This document shows positions 1-6,865 of a DNA stretch of 64,000 bases, in pieces. Origin of the DNA: a virus. The notes under the pieces are model-generated. The model was not told the DNA's origin. It saw only the letters and a list, made by a program, of their open reading frames with translations, and ran no database searches. The first letter of the stretch is position 1. Each line of letters begins with the position of its first letter. The position numbers were made by a program, and so were the translations under genes. The stretch is taken from the IMG/VR virus record IMGVR_UViG_3300005265_000549, positions 1 to 64,000 of that record. One strand, written 5' to 3'.

Positions 1-1354
1 TTGATAATCAAGAAGCTAGAACTTTAAATGATATGAAAGCAAGAAAATCAACTATGGATGCTAATGTTGATTTATTTTTTAAAATTGGTGCATCAAGAGG
101 TAAAGATATAATTCCTACTTTTGTTGCTGCGTTTGTAGAAAACGTTGATTATGCTATGCGTATTACTCAATGGGTCAGAGATATTCGAGGTGGTGCGGGA
201 GAACGACAATTATTTAAAGATATTCTTTCTTATTTAGAACAAAATGAACCTAATTTAGCAATAAAATTAATTAATAAAATTCCAGAACTTGGTCGTTGGG
301 ATGATATGTTAATTAATTATTCTAATAAAAATGTTGAAGATTATGCTTTCGAAAAGGTTTGATGGCTGTGAAGTTGCGTAACTTTTTTGAAATGACTCCT
401 AAACAATATCGTAAAACTTTAGTGAATTTAACAAAAGTTGTTGAAACTCAAATGTGTAAAAAAGAATGGGATGAAATTGATTTTTCAGCAGTTCCTTCAT
501 TAGCACATACTCGTTATAAATCAGCTTTTCAACGTAATTCAGTATCATATGGAAAATGGGTCGAAGCTTTAGTTAAACATGAAGATCCAAAAGTAAAAAT
601 TAATGCTGGAGCTGTTTATCCATATGATATATTAAAACAAGTGATATTAAATATGTTTGGTGGTTGGCAATTTAAACAATTTAATATTTCAGAAACTGAA
701 AGAAATGTTATTATTGAACAATGGAATGTATTACCTAATTATGTGAATGATGCAAAAGTTCTTCCAATGGTAGATGTTTCAGGTTCTATGTTTGGTTTAG
801 CAAGAGATAAAAATGTATCTCCAATACTTGTTGCTATTTCACTTGGATTATATTTTGCAGAAAAAAATACTGGTGATTTTAAAGATGTATTTTTAACTTT
901 TTCAGGTGATCCTGAATTAGTAAAATTAAATGGTGATATTGTTCAAAAAATTGAACAAATGGGAACTAGCAAATGGGGAATGAATACAAATCTCCATAAA
1001 GCTTTTGATAAAGTGTTAGAAATGGCTGTTAGTAAAAATGTAAAATCTGAAGATATGCCAAAAACAATTATTATTTTTTCAGATATGCAATTTGATAATT
1101 GTGTTAGATTTGATGATAATGCTTTAGAAATGATCGAACGTAAATATAATGATGCTGGTTATGAAGTACCTAATATTGTATTTTGGAACATTAATTCTCA
1201 TGACAATGTTCCTGTTAAATTTAATCAATCAAAAACAGCATTAGTATCAGGTTTTTCACCAACAATTGCTAAAACTATTTTAACAAATTTAGAAGATCTA
1301 TCACCAATTAAAATGATGTTAAATACTATTTTAGATAAAAGATATGATTATTAA
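1..1354 (+). pseudogene. TROVE/vWA (Ro60-like, DUF2828-type) protein, split by a frameshift/deletion near 352-360; 5' end probably lies upstream of the window
   Basis: ORF 33-362 (RDIRGGAGER, GRWDD) and ORF 359-1354 (VPSLA, YPYDI, MIDAS-like DVSGSM, TFS, NTNL, FSDMQFD, VFWN, SGFS) are two halves of one family. The frame is open back to position 3 (DNQEARTLND). Confidence 0.75.
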
Positions 1355-1378
1355 TAAAATTATTTGATGTAATTTATA

Positions 1379-1639
1379 ATGATTTGTGATGATAATAAAT
1401 ATTCATATAAGAAGATATCTAAAATATTTTATGTTTTTTTATATGATTCAAAAATTATTGGTGATGTTTTTAAATCGAATGACTCGTGGGGTTGTTTTTT
1501 ACATGAACCCCACGAGTTAAATCCAATTTTAGGTTTTAAGACGAAAAGATATGCTTCAGACTTTTTACTAAAATTGAGTAGTTTAAAAAAGAATAAGGAA
1601 AGAAAATTTTTAAAATTTAGAAAAAATAAATTAAGGTGA
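1379..1639 (+). CDS. hypothetical protein
   Basis: 86 aa ORF in the co-oriented run; contains a GC-rich hairpin. Confidence 0.45.
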   Translation: MICDDNKYSYKKISKIFYVFLYDSKIIGDVFKSNDSWGCFLHEPHELNPILGFKTKRYASDFLLKLSSLKKNKERKFLKFRKNKLR

Positions 1640-1845
1640 ATATGAAGAGAATATTCGAAATATTAAAAGATGAAAAATGGATTCCTATTGAAATGGAATA
1701 TTTAAGAAAAGGTGATCAATTTAGAATTTTTGATCAATATGATGATGGTTTGCAAAAAGTTATTTTTGAAGATAAAGATGTTTTTACTTGTCTAGATGAT
1801 ACTTATAAAAATGAAAATGATTTATGGACAGTAAATATTAAATAA
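1636..1845 (+). CDS. hypothetical protein
   Basis: 69 aa ORF, AAGG before the start. Confidence 0.55.
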   Translation: MNMKRIFEILKDEKWIPIEMEYLRKGDQFRIFDQYDDGLQKVIFEDKDVFTCLDDTYKNENDLWTVNIK

Positions 1846-1851
1846 AAATAT

Positions 1852-1929
1852 CCGGGAGTAGCTCAGTCAGGTCAGAGTTCTCGCCTTGGAAGCGAGATGT
1901 CGTAGGTCCAAATCCTACCTTCCGGACCA
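1852..1929 (+). tRNA. tRNA-Pro(TGG)
   Basis: Acceptor CCGGGAG/CTTCCGG, anticodon arm CTCGC-CTTGGAA-GCGAG, encoded CCA; T-loop TCCAAAT. Confidence 0.92.
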
Positions 1930-1940
1930 AAAAAATTAAT

Positions 1941-2013
1941 GGGGAATGCTCATGGGTGACACCGGACGTTTTGCAAGTGACTGGGGAGGGTTCAATTCCC
2001 TCATTCTCCACCA
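1941..2013 (+). tRNA. atypical tRNA-Ala(TGC)
   Basis: Acceptor GGGGAAT/ATTCTCC with G3:U70, A73 and CCA; T arm GAGGG-TTCAATT-CCCTC; loop TTTGCAA on a poorly paired stem; weak D arm. Confidence 0.65.
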
Positions 2014-2029
2014 TTTTTAAAAAGAGGAG

Positions 2030-2581
2030 TTGTGTATGAGACATTTTTTAATTATGTTTTTTATTATGATTTTTTTATCATTTTCTGGTTGTTCTAGAGC
2101 TTATATGGTTAATGAAACTGGAGGATCAGATAGTTTAGTAGCTTGGGCTAATTTATCAAATAGTGGTGATTCAACAGAATTTGAATTTTTATCATTATTT
2201 TTAAATGAAAATATTGATAATTTAAATATAATGAAACTTGAAGATATGTCATTATGGGAAGAAGTTTATGATAATAATCCCAATACTAATCTTTGGGGAT
2301 ATAATTTTCAAAATGAAAATCCAGAATATTTTTTAGTTAAAACTGGAAATAATAATTTAAATGATTATAGATATTTTTTATATTTAAATAATGATTATAT
2401 TTCTTTTGGTGTTATTGATTTATTTGAATCATATGAAATTATTGAGATAGGAAAAATTAGTCATATAAGTTATGCAACACCAACAAATCCTGTTCCTGAA
2501 CCCAATAGTTTATTTTTATTAGGAATTGGTTTAATGTGTTTGGGAATAGTTGGAATAAAAAGAAAGAAAAAAGAAGATTAA
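2030..2581 (+). CDS. PEP-CTERM sorting-domain surface protein
   Basis: N-terminal hydrophobic signal; C-terminus VPEP + transmembrane segment + KRKKK. Confidence 0.85.
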   Translation: MCMRHFLIMFFIMIFLSFSGCSRAYMVNETGGSDSLVAWANLSNSGDSTEFEFLSLFLNENIDNLNIMKLEDMSLWEEVYDNNPNTNLWGYNFQNENPEYFLVKTGNNNLNDYRYFLYLNNDYISFGVIDLFESYEIIEIGKISHISYATPTNPVPEPNSLFLLGIGLMCLGIVGIKRKKKED

Positions 2582-2588
2582 AATATTT

Positions 2589-2671
2589 TGAGGAGAATCT
2601 GGTGATGGCGATTAATTTAGTCATCGGTTCGATTCCTATTTGGAAATTCAGGTTCGATTCCTGACTCCTCA
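2589..2671 (+). ncRNA. tRNA-like element without a recognisable anticodon arm
   Basis: TGAGGAG/CTCCTCA 7-bp stem next to T arm TCAGG-TTCGATT-CCTGA; no CCA; second GGTTCGATTCC at 2626-2636. Confidence 0.5.
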
Positions 2672-2679
2672 TTTTTTAG

Positions 2680-2794
2680 AAGGATATTTTCAGCAAAATA
2701 CTTTACTTTGATCGGTAGTCTTTATTGGTTCGAATCCAATCGTTTTTTTCGGAAAATGTAGCTTAATTGGTAAAGCATTTAAATTAATATCCTG
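2680..2794 (+). ncRNA. Y RNA (YrlA)-like RNA with a circularly permuted tRNA domain
   Basis: Terminal stem AGGATATT/AATATCCT enclosing, in order, a T arm (2724-2740), a 7-bp acceptor-like stem closed by TTCG (2741-2758), TA, and a D arm GCTT-AATTGGTA-AAGC (2761-2776). Confidence 0.75.
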
Positions 2795-2804
2795 TTAAAT
2801 TTTT

Positions 2805-2883
2805 ACCCTTGTATACCCTCTGGCTACGAACTAGTTGAAAGGTTAATGAATACATGCAGGTTTGAATCCTGTCAAGGGTTCCA
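2805..2883 (+). tRNA. non-canonical tRNA-Arg(ACG) lacking a normal D arm
   Basis: Acceptor ACCCTTG/CAAGGGT + TCCA; CTGG-CTACGAA-CTAG arm; T arm GCAGG-TTTGAAT-CCTGT. Confidence 0.65.
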
Positions 2884-2892
2884 TAAATAATT

Positions 2893-2946
2893 AAGGTTGT
2901 TTCCCACATATCAAATAAAAATTTTTTATTTTTAAATAACAACCTG
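2893..2946 (+). ncRNA. short stem-closed RNA with the same ends (AAGG...CCTG) as the Y-RNA-like element
   Basis: AGGTTGTT (2894-2901) pairs with AACAACCT (2938-2945). Confidence 0.45.
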
Positions 2947-2957
2947 ATTTAAATTTT

Positions 2958-3030
2958 GAGTCTGACAAGTGTTCTTGGGTTATGGCTGCAAACCATCTTC
3001 AAGAGGGTTAAATTCCCTCCAGACTCTCCA
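2958..3030 (+). tRNA. tRNA-Cys(GCA), atypical D arm and T loop
   Basis: GAGTCTG/CAGACTC, U73 and CCA; ATGG-CTGCAAA-CCAT; T-loop TTAAATT. Confidence 0.8.
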
Positions 3031-3037
3031 TATTTAA

Positions 3038-3121
3038 GCCCTCGTGGTGGAACGGTTTACACAGTGGACTCAAAATCCATACCCTTATGGGTTCCCGGTT
3101 CGAATCCGGGCGAGGGTACCA
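3038..3121 (+). tRNA. tRNA-Leu(CAA)
   Basis: Class II cloverleaf, GTGGA-CTCAAAA-TCCAT, long variable arm, GGTTCGAATCC, CCA. Confidence 0.93.
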
Positions 3122-3143
3122 TTTAAAAAGGAATAATAATAAT

Positions 3144-3512
3144 ATGAAGAAATTGTTTTATTTATGTATATTTTTATTGATAACAACTTCAACATTAGCT
3201 ATTGAATCACCAATAAAATTAACAGTCTTACAATCACCAACAAAAAATATTTTATTTGAAGTTAAAGAAGCAAAAAAACCAATAGTTAAATATAGTCATA
3301 TTATTCATAATAAAATCAAATGTATTAAATGTCATCATAAAATAAAAACTGGTGATACTAATATTAAAAGTTGTAATGAATGTCATAATACGACAAGTGA
3401 AATTAATTTAAAAAGTGCTTTACATAAAAATTGTAAAACTTGTCATAAAGAAATGAAAAAAGATAATAAAAAAACTGGTCCAATAACTTGTAGAGGATGT
3501 CATAAAAAATAG
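3144..3512 (+). CDS. tetraheme class III cytochrome c (cytochrome c3) with signal peptide
   Basis: Four CxxCH motifs (CIKCHH, CNECH, CKTCH, CRGCH) plus HxxH and LH distal-ligand candidates; MKK + hydrophobic + TLA signal. Start moved to ATG 3144 because the track start at 3087 lies inside tRNA-Leu. Confidence 0.9.
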   Translation: MKKLFYLCIFLLITTSTLAIESPIKLTVLQSPTKNILFEVKEAKKPIVKYSHIIHNKIKCIKCHHKIKTGDTNIKSCNECHNTTSEINLKSALHKNCKTCHKEMKKDNKKTGPITCRGCHKK

Positions 3513-3572
3513 AGCGGGGTGATGCAGTGGTTAGCAGGTTAGCCTCATAAGCTAACAGTTGTGGGTTCAAAT
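3513..3572 (+). pseudogene. truncated 5' duplicate of tRNA-Met(CAT)
   Basis: 59 of 60 nt identical to 3932-3991; ends in the T-loop. Confidence 0.85.
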
Positions 3573-3589
3573 TTTGAAACAAGGAAAAG

Positions 3590-3847
3590 ATGGAATATTC
3601 TAAAGAACAAAAAAAGGAAATTGTTAAATGTAATGTGGATCAAGCCAAAAATATTTTAGTAAAAGCACAATTAATGAATAAAGGAATGTATTCACATCCA
3701 ATTAACAAAATGATACATCAATTATCTGATCTTCTCTCAAAAAAATCTATGTATAACTATGATGATGAGGAAGATATATTTTGGAAAATTGTGAAATTAA
3801 AACACTCGTTGGCTGGATATATGTTTTATGTAGATAATGAAATTTGA
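3590..3847 (+). CDS. hypothetical protein between the tRNA-Met copies
   Basis: 85 aa, AAGGA RBS. Confidence 0.6.
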   Translation: MEYSKEQKKEIVKCNVDQAKNILVKAQLMNKGMYSHPINKMIHQLSDLLSKKSMYNYDDEEDIFWKIVKLKHSLAGYMFYVDNEI

Positions 3848-3931
3848 TTTTTTGGAGTTATTTAGTGGTGATTGGATTATGGCTAAACATATTAGTCATT
3901 AGAGATAATTACCAAAAGATCCTAATAATAC

Positions 3932-4007
3932 AGCGGGGTGATGCAGTGGTTAGCAGGTTAGCCTCATAAGCTAACAGTCGTGGGTTCAAATCCCACCCCC
4001 GCTACCA
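3932..4007 (+). tRNA. tRNA-Met(CAT) with an initiator-like acceptor stem
   Basis: AGCGGGG/CCCCGCT + ACCA; TTAGC-CTCATAA-GCTAA. Initiator, elongator or Ile2 identity not resolved. Confidence 0.88.
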
Positions 4008-4029
4008 AAATATTTAATTAAATAGTGTA

Positions 4030-4080
4030 AAAACCTTGACATTATCTTTTCTTTATGTTATTATGTGTTTATATAATTAA
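4030..4080 (+). promoter_or_regulatory. early sigma70-type promoter cassette, copy 1
   Basis: TTGACA(4036)-17 bp-TATTAT(4059) with extended TG; cassette occurs six times. Confidence 0.85.
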
Positions 4081-4108
4081 CTTAAAGATGGAGGAAATAA
4101 AAAGTTAA

Positions 4109-4507
4109 ATGAAAGTTTTTTTAGGTGGAACTTGTAATGAAAGTAATTGGCGAAATCGTATGATGATTTATTTAACCAATTATGGGATTGATTATTTTAA
4201 TCCAGTTGTTGATGATTGGGATGAAAAAGCACAAAAAAATGAATTAAAAGAACGTGAAAAATGTGATGTTTGTCTTTATACAATTACACCAAAAATGTTA
4301 GGTTTTTATTCAATTGCTGAAGTAGTTGATGATAGTAACAAAAAACCAGAAAAAACTATTTTAATTCTTTTAAAAGAAGATGAATTTTATAAATTTAGTA
4401 AAGAGAAATGGAAATCTCTAAAAGCTGTAGCAAATTTAGTGAAAAGAAATGGTGGAAAAGTTTTTTATAATCTACATAATGCTGCAGTAGAAATTTCTAA
4501 AATATAA
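4109..4507 (+). CDS. nucleoside 2-deoxyribosyltransferase-like protein
   Basis: VFLGGTCNESNWR, FNPVVDDW, SIAE motifs. Confidence 0.7.
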   Translation: MKVFLGGTCNESNWRNRMMIYLTNYGIDYFNPVVDDWDEKAQKNELKEREKCDVCLYTITPKMLGFYSIAEVVDDSNKKPEKTILILLKEDEFYKFSKEKWKSLKAVANLVKRNGGKVFYNLHNAAVEISKI

Positions 4508-4510
4508 TTT

Positions 4511-4584
4511 GGGTGCGTAATTCAATAGTAGAATAGTGGACTTTTAATCCATCAACGAAGGGGCAGTACCTTCCGCACTCACCA
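4511..4584 (+). tRNA. tRNA-Lys(TTT)
   Basis: GTGGA-CTTTTAA-TCCAT; unusual T-loop GGCAGTA; CCA. Confidence 0.88.
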
Positions 4585-4594
4585 AAAAATATTT

Positions 4595-4671
4595 ACCCTT
4601 GTAGCTGAAATGGAACAGCAAGAGGTTTCTACCCTCTGTTAATGCAGGTTCGAGTCCTGTCAAGGGTTCCA
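4595..4671 (+). tRNA. tRNA-Arg(TCT)
   Basis: AGAGG-TTTCTAC-CCTCT; GGTTCGAGTCC; CCA. Confidence 0.92.
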
Positions 4672-4795
4672 AAATAATGTATTGGATTAATGTAAAAGTA
4701 ACAACAGAAGATAAACTTTTTGATGAATTTACTTTTATTATTAGTAAAGTATGTGGTTATTCAGATTATAATTAAATATATTTTAAATGTTTCAT

Positions 4796-4872
4796 ACTCC
4801 GGTAGCTTAGTTGGTTAAAGCACTCAACTTATAATTGAGAGATTGATGGTTCGATCCCATCTCGGGGTACCA
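4796..4872 (+). tRNA. tRNA-Ile(TAT)
   Basis: CTCAA-CTTATAA-TTGAG; canonical D and T arms; ACCA. Confidence 0.9.
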
Positions 4873-4882
4873 AAAATATTAT

Positions 4883-4958
4883 TCCCACCGACCGAGCAAG
4901 CGAACGGGCCTGACTGTTAATCAGAGATTGCCAGGGGCGGTACCTGGGGTGGGAGCCA
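4883..4958 (+). tRNA. tRNA-Asn(GTT)
   Basis: TCCCACC/GGTGGGA + GCCA; CTGA-CTGTTAA-TCAG; T-loop GGCGGTA. Confidence 0.88.
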
Positions 4959-4968
4959 AAATTTTAAT

Positions 4969-5044
4969 GCTTCTGTAGTTAAACTGGCTATAACACTAGA
5001 CCGATAATCTAGAATTCCCTGTTCGAGTCAGGGTGGAAGCACCA
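4969..5044 (+). tRNA. tRNA-Ile(GAT) with C33
   Basis: CTAGA-CCGATAA-TCTAG; TTCGAGT T-loop; ACCA. Confidence 0.88.
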
Positions 5045-5060
5045 ATTTTTAGAGGATAAT

Positions 5061-5261
5061 ATGGAAAAAAAATATAAAGTTGAAGCAATTTTTAGTATTC
5101 CAATTACTGCATATTTTAATGATGATAGTGTTAATGATCTTAATGATCAAGCTAGAAAAGCTGCAGAAGAATCATTATCTGTTGAAGCGGGATTAATATC
5201 AAATTTAACACTGAATAAATTTGAACTTGATTTTATGAAGAAAATCAAAATTTCTAAATAA
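5061..5261 (+). CDS. hypothetical protein
   Basis: 66 aa, GAGGA RBS. Confidence 0.6.
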   Translation: MEKKYKVEAIFSIPITAYFNDDSVNDLNDQARKAAEESLSVEAGLISNLTLNKFELDFMKKIKISK

Positions 5262-5302
5262 AATATTTTTACATTATAATTATTTTATGTTAATATTGTT
5301 TT

Positions 5303-5629
5303 ATGATAATAAATAATTTTATACAATTAATTTGGTTACATTTCGTTGCTGATTTTTTTTTACAAACACCAAATATGTCTTTAAAAAAATCTAAAAATAT
5401 TTGGTTTTTATTATATCATATCATTATATATTCAATTCCTTTTTTAATTTTCCTCCCTTTTAAATTTGTTTTAGTCAATAGTTTATCACATTTTTTAGTT
5501 GATTTTATTACTTCAAAATCAACACATTATTTGTATGAAAAAAAGAAATATCATTGGTTTTTTGTTGTAATAGGTTTTGATCAGGCTTTACATTTATCAA
5601 TTTTATATCTACTATGGAGAATATTATGA
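5303..5629 (+). CDS. DUF3307-like membrane protein
   Basis: HFVADFFLQ, HFLVD and GFDQALH motifs; hydrophobic. Confidence 0.75.
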   Translation: MIINNFIQLIWLHFVADFFLQTPNMSLKKSKNIWFLLYHIIIYSIPFLIFLPFKFVLVNSLSHFLVDFITSKSTHYLYEKKKYHWFFVVIGFDQALHLSILYLLWRIL

Positions 5630-5910
5630 GTGTTGATAATTGGGGTATTTGTCCAAAATGTATGGCAATTCAAGAAAAAAAGAAAGAAGAATTACGTAAG
5701 AAAATGGACTTATCTTATGGTAAAATTTCTGCAGAGGAATATCATGAGTTATTCCTCGAAATTACAAAACCAATTAATATAAAGTCAACTTTACGAGAAA
5801 ATTATGATATTTGGATAGATGAGGAGGGAAAATTTGAAATTGTATATTTAGCCTCATGCAATTCATGTGGTTTTAAGTTTGATTTTACAGAATGTCAACA
5901 AATTTTTTAA
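5626..5910 (+). CDS. Cys-rich hypothetical protein
   Basis: CPKC...CNSCG; GGAGA RBS before MSVDNW. Confidence 0.6.
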   Translation: MSVDNWGICPKCMAIQEKKKEELRKKMDLSYGKISAEEYHELFLEITKPINIKSTLRENYDIWIDEEGKFEIVYLASCNSCGFKFDFTECQQIF

Positions 5911-5923
5911 GAAAGGAATTTTT

Positions 5924-6202
5924 ATGGTTATAAAATTACATACACTTAAAACTGATCCAGAAGTTTTTCAAGCTGTTATTAAAAAATTGAAAACTTATGA
6001 AATACGGAAAGATGATAGAGGATTTAATGTAGGTGATTTTCTTTTGTTACAAGAAACAAAATATACTGGTAAAGAAATGTTAAAAGGAAAACCACTTCAA
6101 TATACAGGAAGAGAGCTTGATGTAGAAGTTACGCATATTCTTCGTGGGCCTATTTATGGATTAGAAGATGGTTGGGTAATAATGAGTATAAAAGAATGTT
6201 AG
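5924..6202 (+). CDS. ASCH/DUF3850-like (PUA-fold) protein
   Basis: HTLKT, KTYEIRKDDRGFNVGDFLLLQE, YTGR. Confidence 0.8.
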   Translation: MVIKLHTLKTDPEVFQAVIKKLKTYEIRKDDRGFNVGDFLLLQETKYTGKEMLKGKPLQYTGRELDVEVTHILRGPIYGLEDGWVIMSIKEC

Positions 6203-6468
6203 ATGGTTCTCATTATTTTGAGTGTGCTTGTGGATCACCAGAGCATACGATTAGATTTATTTTAGATAAAGGTGAAAGGGGAGATTTCCCCTTGATTTTT
6301 TGTGATTTTTATTTAGATCAATATCTTCCTTGGTATAAAAGAATATGGGTAGCTATTAAATATGTTCTAATGTTTAAACCACACAACGAACATTTTGCTT
6401 CTTGGGTGATGAAAAATGAAGATGTAGAAAGATTACAAAAATTATGCAAAGAATTTAAAAATGAATAA
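6172..6468 (+). CDS. hypothetical protein
   Basis: FECACGSPEH and WYKRIWVAIKY; typical small phage protein. Confidence 0.6.
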   Translation: MGNNEYKRMLDGSHYFECACGSPEHTIRFILDKGERGDFPLIFCDFYLDQYLPWYKRIWVAIKYVLMFKPHNEHFASWVMKNEDVERLQKLCKEFKNE

Positions 6469-6622
6469 ACAAAAAAAATATTGGTATTATTATTCACATT
6501 GGATTTGTCCGGTTTGTTTTTATGAAAAAATTTATAAAGAAAGAATTTATAATAAACCAAAACCAAAAAATTATAGTAAAAGACATGAATTTCAAGTTTT
6601 TTATTGTGGATGTTCTGGATAG
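6461..6622 (+). CDS. small Cys-rich protein not in the ORF track
   Basis: MNKQKKYWYYY...CPVC...YCGCSG*, overlapping the preceding stop. Confidence 0.5.
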   Translation: MNKQKKYWYYYSHWICPVCFYEKIYKERIYNKPKPKNYSKRHEFQVFYCGCSG

Positions 6623-6632
6623 AAAGGAAAGT

Positions 6633-6851
6633 ATGAAAGTAGAAATTTATGGAAGAATAATAGTTGAAGTAATTGAATTTTCTGAAGATTTTGACAGTTG
6701 TAAAGATTGTTATTTTTCACAATTTGATTCAAAAGTATGTGAAAATATTTATTGTACTGAAAAAGAAAGAAAAGATAAAAAATCAGTTATTTTTAGACGA
6801 TTATTAAAAAATGAAGCATTACAATGGGTAGAAAATATTTATGATGAATAA
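6633..6851 (+). CDS. hypothetical Cys-rich protein
   Basis: AAGGA RBS before ATG 6633; CKDCYF...C...C.EKERKDKKSVIF. Confidence 0.6.
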   Translation: MKVEIYGRIIVEVIEFSEDFDSCKDCYFSQFDSKVCENIYCTEKERKDKKSVIFRRLLKNEALQWVENIYDE

Positions 6852-6865
6852 ATAAGGAGTTTAAG

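Noticed and set aside
1941-2013. Calling this tRNA Cys(GCA)
   Set aside because: G3:U70 and A73 indicate Ala, and a better Cys tRNA with U73 exists at 2958.
1838-2672. Minus-strand ORFs 1838-2044 and 2457-2672
   Set aside because: Antisense shadows of tRNAs and tRNA-like elements.
3087-3143. N-terminal extension of cytochrome c3
   Set aside because: Overlaps tRNA-Leu; ATG 3144 gives a proper signal peptide.
4677-4775. 32-codon ORF in the tRNA spacer
   Set aside because: No RBS or recognisable motif; too short to support.
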